In this document: positions 14,152 through 24,433 of the stretch, in pieces
Position numbering within the stretch: the first letter of the stretch is position 1
Layout: every line of letters starts with the position of its first letter
NCBI GenBank assembly: GCA_964016885.1
Contig: OZ024740.1
Location: 393,266,001-393,330,000 of the forward strand
Direction of reading: 5' to 3'
Source: Eledone cirrhosa
Taxonomy: Eukaryota
DNA length: 64,000 nt
Program-made: the position numbers and the translations under genes
Notes under the pieces: model-generated
Database searches by the model: none
Told to the model about the DNA's origin: nothing
What the model saw: the letters and a program-made list of their open reading frames with translations, nothing else

Positions 14152-15005
14152 AGTGTGTAAATACAATGCATTCCTTTACCTTAGTAACATCATCAACTCA
14201 AGGGATATACACACTTCATGTGTGTGTGTATGTAAATCACAAACACAATATTAGCAAATAAAAAAAGGAGAATAAATGTTACACATGTGCGCATGCACAC
14301 ACACACACACATACATGCATATATATGCATAAATATACATATCTATGTAAACACATATACATATATCCATATATACACACACCTACATATAAGGCAGTGA
14401 ATTGGTAAAAGCCGAGAATCATTAAGGTGTTGGATAAAATTCTTTGCAGTAACTGTTCTGGTTGTCTACGCTCTGAGTTCAAATCCCACCTAAGTCAAAT
14501 TTGTCTATCACCCTTTCATGGCTGATAAAAAAAGTAGTGCTGGTGCCATGAGAAAATGCACCAAGTAGACTCTGTAAAGAGTTTGGTATTAGGAAGAGCA
14601 CCCAGCTGTAGAAATCATTCCTAAAATGGAATGTATGAGCAATACATGGTCCCCTTTGGGCATTCTAGTTTTGGACCATGATTATGATATTTTGATCACA
14701 ACAGTATTTTGAACTTGCAACAATACAATTGGAGTTCTTGCTTGAATCTAATGTCACATGACAGGTAATTTCTTGTAGCATGTATCCACAACATTATATT
14801 AGGGCCTCTGCAAAAGTTGAACAGACACAATGCTTATATATATCATCATCACCATTTTATGTCCATTTTTCCATGCTATCATGGGTTAGACAAGTTGTCC
14901 TGTTGTGGGCAATGCCAGGTCAAGTGATCATGTCTTACTCATACAGAACTGATTTAGGCTTTATTTCTATAGCTGGATGCCCTTCCTAACGCTAACCTCA
15001 TTTAC

Positions 15006-15450
15006 TAAGAAATGTGCTAGTAGCTGAAGTGTACAATAAAGTTATATCTGTATACATTCAGAGTGGGTAACCAAGACTGCATCAATGTGTCTATAAATAT
15101 ACACATATTTAATACGTAGGTATGTAAACATACCAGAAAATACAAATTTCCCTGAGAATTGAAAACAATCAAGTTCCCTATTAGGTAAAAAAATTGATTA
15201 AAAGTGTTTATAATTTTTCCGGTTTATGGGAAAATTCGTATATTTTTTCATGTTTACATGCCAACATATTAAATATGTGTATATTTCTATAAACATTGAT
15301 GCAGTCTTGGTTACCCACTCTGTATGTTTACTGATATAACTTTATCATACACTTCTACTGCTACTGCATTTCTTAATATATATCTTAATTACCATCACGA
15401 GCACTAATTATATGCAAATTAGTATATCCTTTACAGAATAATACTAAGAA
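15006..15450 (+). mobile_element. Older fold-back element (probable PLE end, no intact hammerhead)
   Basis: Diverged inverted arms about 15006-15152 and 15228-15375 (AGAGTGGGTAACCAAGACTGCATCAATG / CATTGATGCAGTCTTGGTTACCCACTCT), then a tail containing GAGCAC. Partial related copy about 15760-15880. Confidence 0.55.
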
Positions 15451-15463
15451 CAAATGGGTATAT

Positions 15464-15689
15464 CTCTCACTCTGATCAATCGACAAGATCCCAAACCTCG
15501 TCAAATTGGACCAAGGAAACAGTGTTTCCATTGGTCTTTCCATTGCTGATACTATCTACTGGTTGCAACTTCTGGCAGAAAGAGCAATGTGAAATAAAGT
15601 GTCTTGCTCAAGGACATAACGCATCACCCGACCCGAGAATTGAACTCACAACTTCATGATTGTGAATACAATTCTCAAACCATTAAGCC
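15464..15689 (-). mobile_element. CORE-type SINE with a different 3' tail
   Basis: Same tRNA head and CORE as 6180-6487. 14-bp TSD ACAAATGGGTATAT at 15450-15463 and 15690-15703. Confidence 0.75.
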
Positions 15690-15908
15690 ACAAATGGGTA
15701 TATAACCCCATCAAATACACATTTCCTTGTAGTCGATTGCATGAGACACATACATTTTCACGAGGGCCCAATTAGGTTTGAAAATCGATTAAATTAATAT
15801 TTTCTGGCATGTTTCCATGCCCACAAATTAAATATGTGTATATTCATATACACATCGATGCAGTCTCAGTTACCCACTCTTAATATATATATTTTTTATC
15901 CATAACAT

Positions 15909-15976
15909 CTCTGTCTGATGACCGATCCAGACGTATATTAATATTGTCTGGGATCCAGAAACCTTTGGTAATGGAG
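15909..15976 (+). ncRNA. Solo type I hammerhead ribozyme motif
   Basis: Stem I CTCTGT/ATGGAG (two G-U); CTGATGA 15915-15921; stem II GATCCAGAC...GTCTGGGATC; GAAA 15958-15961; CC-TTT-G-GTA cleavage region. Between TA runs. Confidence 0.7.
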
Positions 15977-16048
15977 TAGTTATATCTTGTGTTGTTCACT
16001 TTCTAATTAATATATATATATATATATATATAGTTTTAATATAGATGA

Positions 16049-16097
16049 GATTCTACAGGATTAGGACTGTTTCATTCTTTAGAAATCATCAGGAATC
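16049..16097 (-). ncRNA. Type I hammerhead ribozyme motif (left arm)
   Basis: Reverse complement: GATTC CTGATGA TTTC TAAA GAAT GAAA CAG TCCTAATC CTG TA GAATC. 5-bp stem I, 4-bp stem III, GUA triplet, weak stem II. Confidence 0.7.
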
Positions 16098-16102
16098 ATC
16101 AG

Positions 16103-16151
16103 GAATCCTGATGATTTCTAAAGAATGAAACAGTTCTAGTCCTGTAGAATC
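16103..16151 (+). ncRNA. Type I hammerhead ribozyme motif (right arm)
   Basis: GAATC CTGATGA TTTC TAAA GAAT GAAA CAG TTCTAGTC CTG TA GAATC. One mismatch in stem I. Confidence 0.62.
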
Positions 16152-17753
16152 TCATCTATATTAAAACTTTTATACTCTGCTATGTATTGAGTACCTGACT
16201 TACTGTGGTTACCTCCGATTCAACCCGGAATAACTTACCTATATATATATATATATATTTATATGCACACACACAAAGCGCGAGAGGGAGATAGACAGAG
16301 AGAGAGATCGGTGTTCATGGAGGTCTTATATAATTTATGATATATACAGCCACACAAACACATGTAAAAGATATACAGCAGAATACATATTTTCGGGTTT
16401 GCCACAATATACCAAAGAATCAAATTACAGTCACATCCAAAGAAAAAATACAAGAAGTGGGGAAAAATAATAAAAGAATAGAATCAATAAATTTCTACCA
16501 CCTTTACAGCATGATAAACAACAACAATAAAAGCTTGCAGGAATCTTTTTTCATACTAAATGTTTGTATGGTCCCACAACTCATAAAAGAGTCATGGGGC
16601 ACTGTATTGACATAAGGCATTTCTAGGTCATTTAAAAAAAATCTGACAAGGCTCATCTCCTCTCCAGGTCTAAATACAACAGATTTCTTCCAGATAAGGG
16701 TAGAGAGAATGAGGGACAAATACACAACCAGAATTTAGAATTTAAAATTTAAGCAAAATAAAATAAACTAAAAAATAAAAAAAACAATAACAAATAAATT
16801 AAATTAAATTAAAAAGTGAAATAAAAATAAAAATAAAAATAAAATAAAATAAGATAAAAAATGAAATAGAAATAAAATGAAATGAAAATAAAAAATAGAT
16901 AAATGAAAGAATAAAAAAAAATTGATAAATAAAATGAAGAAAAAACAACTTAAATCTAAGGTAGATCGAAAGTTAAAAGAGGTAACCACACACACACACA
17001 CATACTTACATATGTATGTATATATATACACATACACACACTGGGGCAGTATATATATAGGGCAAGCCATATATCGTTTGAGAAACATAGTATTTTATAC
17101 ACATAAAGCAAATAATATTCAGGAAAATGTACATACTTTAAGGTGGGAAAAGCCATCTTTTCACCTTAAGCTTTCTTCAGAGTTAAAAAAAAAACGAAGC
17201 GATCAATTGATCTAAGTATTGAATTATCGATTTTGGTAAAGCAACAGAAGACAAGAACTAAAAATCAGAGGTATTGTCTTTAAATATGTTCCAAACTGTA
17301 CAAAATACCCATACAATCTATATTTTCATGAATTAGTACATGCAATATAGGTGTATTTTAACTATAAACCTAGCAAACAGACCATAATTTAATAGCATCT
17401 AAGTGGTTTTATTAGTCCTTTAAGCAATACATGAGCCTTCCCATATCTATTGACATTTATACTATGATGCAAAAATGACATATGGCTATGTATAGTAATA
17501 AAGTTGCATTTAGCGACTTAGACTGTACATTATACATCCCTAATTTGCAAGCGTAATTTACATGGTCATATAAGAGTTAAAAATTAATATAATATATATA
17601 TATCAGATATTGAGTTAGAAACTCAAAATAGTCTCTTACCATTAAATAGCTCCAAGAAAGAAGTTTTTCTGAGCCGTGTAATATAATTGAATATACAAGA
17701 GAGATAAACACAAATATAAACATACATTTTATATATATATATATACCACAGAT

Positions 17754-19439
17754 AAGTACCACAGACGCTCTTTTCATTGTACGACAACTACAGGAGCAGT
17801 ACCTAGCTAAAAGTAAACCCCTATACTTAGCTTTTGTCGACTTGGAGAAAGCCTTCGACAGAGTCCCCCGTTCCATTATCTGGTGGGCTCTTAGAAAACT
17901 AGGTGTTGACGAATGGCTTGTGAGAGCTATACAAGCCATGTATAAAGAAACAGTCAGCAAGGTTAGAATTAACAACGAATATAGTGAAGAGTTTAGCGTA
18001 AAAGTTGGCGTCCATCAGGGCTCTGTTCTCAGCCCCCTACTATTTATTATTGCCCTTCAGGCTATAACAGAGGAGTTCAAGACCGGCTGCCCATGGGAAC
18101 TCCTATACGCAGATGACCTAACACTCATAGCTGAATCAATGGCCGAGCTAGAGAAGAAATTCCAAACATGGAAGCACAGTCTAGAATCAAAAGGCCTTAA
18201 AATTAACCTGGCTAAGACCAAAGTTCTAGTTTGTAGGAAAGAAAATAAGGCGGCGGTCCCTTCCGGGAAGTGCCATGCTCAGTGTGTAGGAAAGGCGTGG
18301 TAGAAACTCCATTTTGTGTCCGAAATGCAAAGTATGGGTGCATAAAAGATGTAGTGGGATTACAGGTAAGCTAACTAAGAACATAGATTTCACATGTGGC
18401 CGGTGCTCTGGTGCAATAAGTAGCAGCAAGTGCCCACAAAATACTAGCTCTTTCAACTGCGCAGAGGGCTCTATAAAAATAGTGGACAGCTTCCGTTACC
18501 TGGGTGACAAAATCAGCAGTGGGGGAGGGTGCTCAGAAAGTACAGTAGCTAGAGTCAGAACTGGATGGAAAAAGTTCAGAGAGCTTATACCACTATTAGC
18601 CGCTAAAGGGTTCTCCCTAAAAATGAAAGGCAGGTTGTATGATGCCTGCATACGAACAGCAATGTTGCATGGCAGTGAGACCTGGGCATTGTGTGCAGAG
18701 GATATACGCAGACTAGAGAGGAACGAAGCTTGCATGCTCCGCTGGATGTGTAATAGTAATATACGTGAACGGCAAAGCATAAACGAACTAAGGAAAAAAT
18801 TAGAAATAAGAGGGATCAGATGTTGTTTACTCGAGAGAAGGCTACGTTGGTATGGACACGTGATGCGCATGAAAGACGATAGCTGTATAACAAAGTGCAG
18901 GGCAATAAAGATAGACGGTAGCCACGGAATAGGCAGACCCAGAAAAGCCTGGGACGAGCTGATAAACTCCGACCTCACACACTTACACCTCTCCAAGACA
19001 ATGTCACTGGACCGAGACCTTTGGCGGTACTCAGTAATAGAGAAGACCCGCCTTACCTAAATACATAGTAAAACCTACTACAGTCAGTAGGCATCTCTAA
19101 CAAAATACACCCCCGTCCCACCCCCCACCCCATCCATACAACCCCCTTCCATGTAAAGTTATGTTGGTGCCATACCATCCAGGCCGAAACAAATGAGATC
19201 GTGTAGGTGTCACGACAAAAAAACACACAGTCCACGCTGTAATGTGGCCGTGTAGGCAACACGGTAAAAACCTCCCAGCCCCACACTGTAAATGTGGTTG
19301 GTGTTAGGAAGGGCATCCAGCTGTAGAAAACTGCCAGACAGTCCCATGCGAGCAAGACAATCACTCTTGCCTCAAGTGGGAAAACCCCCGTCCAAACCCA
19401 TGCAAGCATGGAACACGGACGTTAAACGTTGATGATGAT
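17754..19439 (+). mobile_element. RTE-clade LINE family A, 5'-truncated copy
   Basis: ORFs 17842-18303 (DLEKAFD, QGSVLSP, YADD) and 18314-19060 are separated by small frameshifts and are near-identical to the 41219-43687 ORF. 3' UTR and (GAT)n tail. (TA)n on both sides. Confidence 0.95.
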
Positions 19440-20148
19440 ATATATACACACACAAACATATCTGAACACATCTATACTTATGTAATCCATTGTAAAAATA
19501 TGCTTGCTTGTTAAACACATCCCTAAACCAACAACACTAATTATATGGTGATCTTTAATTCATTAAGTAATACAATTATAAATAGACACGCTGTAACACA
19601 GGGCAAAAATTAAACTGATTAATTTACAATTAGAAACACTGTTAAGTTCAACAACGCCACTTCCCAGTTTAAATTTACCGTGAGAAATCAGAATTTTGAA
19701 TGCCTAATATTTCCAAAAAAATATGATGTCTTCTACTTCTGATCTTCATTTATATTCGAAAAATGAACTTGACTAATAATAGTAAGTATGTTCCTACATA
19801 TATATCCATTAACACCGAAACTAATTACTATCACTACCACTGAACTATTTTCGCTTCACTTCCTGCTTTTTACTCTTCTCTCTATGTATATTATTTATCC
19901 ATGAGCAATGAACATTTTTCTAACAATTACAAGAAATAATATTATTAATATTAATAATGATGTACTGTCTTTTACTTCAATCTAAAAATACAATTTTTTA
20001 CAACTTTGTACTTTTACCTTGCTTTGCTTACGTTCATTTTGTGTTTGTTAATGCCCAACATTGGATACTGCATTTGTTTTTGAAATTTGTATTTAGCTAA
20101 ATTCTATCCCTTTTTATAATTCCTGATGATATGCAGATGTTATATTAA

Positions 20149-20364
20149 CCCTTTAGCATTTACATTACTCTATATATACTATTGTATTTTTGTGGTAAAG
20201 ACTTTATCTTACATAATATCTCACATAATATCAAATCTATGAGATTTTGATGTTATTTTGAGAAAATTACCTTAACATCAGTATGAGTGGCCAGTTATAG
20301 CCAGTTTGAAGAGAAAGAGGTGAGTAAACTTTGGCTGGATATGGCCGGTTTAAATGCTAAAGGG
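20149..20364. mobile_element. piggyBac-type MITE (family 1)
   Basis: TTAA-CCCTTTAGCATTTA ... TAAATGCTAAAGGG-TTAA. Second copy 58595-58788. Confidence 0.8.
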
Positions 20365-20414
20365 TTAATTGTGTTTTATGTAAATAATTGTTAATTGACT
20401 GTATCTGATTAACT

Positions 20415-20692
20415 TTAAACAGCCACATAAAACATGCCATGACTGAAACATGGGTTTGTCAGATCTATACCAATAGTTTGAAAATTTGACCTTGACTCTT
20501 ATTGATGCTCATGGCAAAGCATGGTCTCACTAGGAACTGCAGCCTCTTAAATGTAAAAGGCAACTTACTATCACTTGGTATAAGTGGAATCCTCGGAATG
20601 AGAAGAGCCTGACCTTTGTAAGCCCTGAATATAATGGGTGCTTCAATCAAGTTCTCATGCAATCTTGTTACAACACATCTTGTTCCATTTAT
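20415..20692 (-). pseudogene. Helitron RepHel PIF1-like helicase C-terminal fragment
   Basis: NGTRCVV...LLIPRIPLIPSDSKLPFTFKRLQFLVRPCFAMSINKSQGQ...CFSHGMFYVAV, with a stop or frameshift. Confidence 0.9.
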
Positions 20693-21127
20693 TGGCCAAC
20701 ATTTTCACTATAGGGGGTTTAATTCCCATTAGGGTGTCTTAATATTGAAATTTGCTGAAATTTTGTGAATAGGCATCATATCTTGTCATTTACCTATGGT
20801 TTAAATTTCATATAAATCGAAGGGAAAACATTTTCAGCAGGTGTTTGTGCCCCCGGAGATCCCTTTGATTAAAATGAAATATACTTATCCAAGTACCCTG
20901 GGAAATGTAGTTTCAGAATATATATGGTTATGGGGGCCTATCTCCAAAACCATAGGAGGAGTTTGTGAACAAACAAAAAAAACCAAAAAAAAAAAACAGA
21001 CAGAAACTACAACTTTATATATATATATATATATAAAGTTTACACAGATTAGCAATACAGTAGGATTTATTTTTAGCATTTACATATGTTTCATTGCCGT
21101 CGAATTAGAGTAATTGAAAACAATATC

Positions 21128-21185
<58 letters not shown>

Positions 21186-22177
21186 TGCACAGATGGTTCT
21201 ATAGAAATAATGGATACCTTCTGTTACTTGGGTGACAAAATCACCAGTGGTGGAGGGTGCTCTGAAAGTACAGTAGCTAGAATCAGAATGGGATGGAAAA
21301 AGTTCAGAGAGCTTATACCACTATTGGCTGCTAAAGGGTTCTCTCTAAAAATGAAAGGCAGGCTGTATGATGCCTGCATACAAACAGCAATGTTACATGG
21401 CAGTGAGACTTGGGCATTGTGTGCAGAGGATATACGCAGACTGGAGAGGAATGAAGCTTGCATGCTCCGCTGGATGTGTAATAGTAATATATGTGAATGG
21501 AAAAGCATAAACGAACTAAGGGAGAAATTAGGAATAAGAGGGATAAGATGTTGTTTACTTGAGAGAAGACTACGTTGGTACGGTCACGTGATGTGCATGA
21601 AAGACGACAGCTGTATAAAAAAGTGCAGGGCGATAAAAATAGATGGTAGCCACGGAATAGGTAGACCCAGAAAAACCTGGGACGACTTGATAAATTCCGA
21701 CCTCACGCACTTACACCTCTCCAAGACAATGTCACTGGACTGGGATCTTTGGCGTTACACAGTAATACAGAAGACCCGCCTTGCCTAAGTACAAAGTGAA
21801 ACCTACAGTCAGTAGGCACCTCTAACAAAAATACACCCCCGTCCCACTACCCCCACCCCATCCACACTACCCCTTTCAATATAAAGTTATGTTGGTACCA
21901 CAACATCCAGGCCAAAACAAATGAGGTCGTGTAGGTGTCACGACAAAAAAAAACACACACAGTCCACGCTGTAATGTGGCCGTGTAGGTAACACAGTAAA
22001 AACCTCCCAGTCCACACTGTAAACGTGGTTGGTGTTAGAAAGGGCATCCAGCCGTAGAAAACCCGCCAGACAGTCCTATGCGAGCAAGTCAACCAATCTT
22101 GCCTCAAGTGGGAAAATTCCCGTCCAAACCCATGCAGACGTGAAAGATGGACGTTAAACGATGATGATGATGATGAT
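21186..22177 (+). mobile_element. RTE-clade LINE family A, short 3' copy
   Basis: ORF ending 21788 matches the family A C-terminus. 3' UTR, (GAT)n tail, (TA)n flanks. Confidence 0.93.
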
Positions 22178-22499
22178 ATATATATATATGTGTGTATGGA
22201 GTATGTTTGTGTGGTTAGGGAGTTTGCTTCACAACTATGTGGTTATGTGTTCAGCTTTACTGCATGGCACCTTGGGCAAGTCTCTTCTACTATAGCTTCA
22301 GGTTGACCGGTGCCTTGTGAGCGAAATTTGATAAACAGAAAGTGAAAAGTTCTGTGTATATGATGGGTAACATTTGTCTATATTTGTATGGTTTAGCAAA
22401 AAGGAGATTGATAAATTAATTATCAGGCACGAAAAATAAGTACTGACATTAATATGATTGACTAAATCAAGGTGGCCGCAGTTTGATGATAGAAACCAG

Positions 22500-23757
22500 T
22501 AAAATAATATATTTAAGGTCCTAGTAAGTAGAAGGGAAAACAGGACCCTGATCCTCCCAGAGAAATGCTCATGCTCAGTATGCAAGTATGTGTAGGTAGA
22601 AATTTGATCATCTGTCCCAAATGCAAACTATGGGATAGATGTCTTGGGATCTCAGGCAGCTTAGCTAAGAACGTAGGGTTTATGTGGCCATTGCACAGGA
22701 GCAGTAAGCAAAAGGTTCCCACAGGAAAGAAGCTCTATCAAATTTTTGGAGGGTTCCATAGAAGCAGTAGACAGCTACCTGGGTGACCAAATCAGCAGTG
22801 GAGGTGGATGTTCTGAAAGTACTGTAGCTAGAGTAAGAATGGGATGGGAAACGTTCAGGGAGTTACTACCACTGCTAGCTACTAAAGGGTTTCTCAAAAT
22901 ATGAAGGACAGATTGTATAATGCATGTATATGAACAGCTATGTTGCATGGTAGCAAGGTCTTGGCACTGTGTGCAGTGGACCTGCGAAGAGTGGAAAGAA
23001 ATGAAGCTTGCATGTTTTGATGGATGTGTAATATAAATGAATGGCAAAGCATAAATGAACTGAGAGAGAAAAAAATTGGGCATAAGAGGAATCAGATGCA
23101 GTGAGCAGGGGAGGAGATTGCGTTGGTATGGACATGTGATGTGTATGAAGGATGAGAGCTGTATAAAAAAGTGCGGAGTGCTCAAAGTTGATGGAAGCTA
23201 TGGAGTAGGAAGACCTAGGAAGACTTGGGATGAGGTGATAAAAGCTGACGTTGCACAATTGAACTTCTCAAAGGTGATGACATAGGACTGAGATCTTTAG
23301 CCTTTAGCGTTATACAGTAATACAGAAGACCCATCTTCCACCACCCCATACTCAGGTTGTAACATACATCTAGTGTGCACCTTCACCTCCCAGGTCCTAA
23401 CACCCCACCCTATCACCCATGTCCTAGATCTACCCCAATCCCCACCCAAGTCCTCAGTTCACACTGTAAAGTGTTCGTGTAGGTGCCACAACAAAAAGCA
23501 CCCAGCACACACTGTAAAGTAGTTGTGTATGTGTCATGACAAAAAGCACCCAAGCACCCAGTACACACTGTAAATGTGGTTGGTGTTAGGAAGGGCATCT
23601 AGCTGTAGAAGCCAAGCCAGAGCCAGTTCTGTATGAGCAAGTTATGGTCACCTTATCTGACTTGTCTCAGAATGGGGCAACTCATCTAACCCATGGTAGC
23701 ATGGAAAAATGGATGTTAAACAGTGATGATGGTGGCAGCGGTGACAATGATGACGAT
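22500..23757 (+). mobile_element. Older degenerate RTE copy
   Basis: GIRGIRC...RRLRWYGHVM...GRPRKTWDEVIK with many stops and frameshifts. Related 3' UTR, degenerate (GAT)n tail. Confidence 0.85.
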
Positions 23758-23809
23758 ATTTATATATATATATATATATATAATTAAAAGATGGTTAAAA
23801 AGTTCCATG

Positions 23810-23880
23810 TATTTTATTATGCGCATTTCAAAAACAAATATCATCCAGGGACGATATTTGTGTTCTCAGCAGATAAAATA
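23810..23880 (-). ncRNA. Minimal type I hammerhead motif with CUGCUGA (A6C) core
   Basis: Reverse complement: TATTTTAT CTGCTGA GAACACAAATATCGTCC CT GGATGATATTTGTTTTT GAAA T GCGC ATA ATAAAATA. 8-bp stem I, long stem II, palindromic GCGC loop. Confidence 0.78.
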
Positions 23881-23932
23881 GGGAGACATGATATGAAGCT
23901 TAAAAAAACACTTGTGAGCAAGGTAGTGTCTA

Positions 23933-24004
<72 letters not shown>

Positions 24005-24090
24005 TAGACACTACCTTGCTCACAAGTGTTTTTTTAAGCTTCATATCATGTCTCTCTATTTTATCTGCTGAGAACACAAATATCGTCCAT

Positions 24091-24433
24091 GGAGGCACAT
24101 GGCTTAGTGGTTAGAGCATTGGCCTTGCAATCGAAAGATTGTGAGTTCAATTCTCAGACCAGGTGATGTGTTGTTTCCTTGAGCAAGACACTTTATTTCA
24201 CATTGCTCCAGTTTACTCAGCTGTAGAAATGAGATGATAGGGACTGGGGTCCATATCATTCCACTGCAAAGTGGTCGTGTAGGTGCCACGGCAAAAAAGC
24301 ACCCAGCACTCACTATAAATGAGGTTGGTGTTAGGAAGGGCATCCAGCTGTAGAAATCAAGCCAGAATCAGTTCCCGTCCCACCCTTGAAAGCAGGGAAA
24401 AGCGGACGTAAAATGATGATGATGATGATGATG
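24091..24433 (+). mobile_element. CORE-type SINE with RTE-like tail, full length
   Basis: Same family as 6180-6487, ends in (GAT)n. Interrupts the stem II apex of the right-arm hammerhead (24057-24465). Confidence 0.9.

Larger units (their letters stand above)
16032..16240 (+). mobile_element. Small fold-back element with hammerhead in each arm
   Basis: Arms 16032-16097 and 16103-16168, tail 16169-16240, (TA)n on both sides. Confidence 0.75.
19575..21030 (-). mobile_element. Internally deleted Helitron
   Basis: Helicase fragment at 20415-20692. Minus-strand start TATATATAAAGTTGTAGTTTCTGTCTGTTT... resembles Helitron 5' ends. Imperfect subterminal hairpin near 19588-19605. Boundaries approximate. 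Confidence 0.55.
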
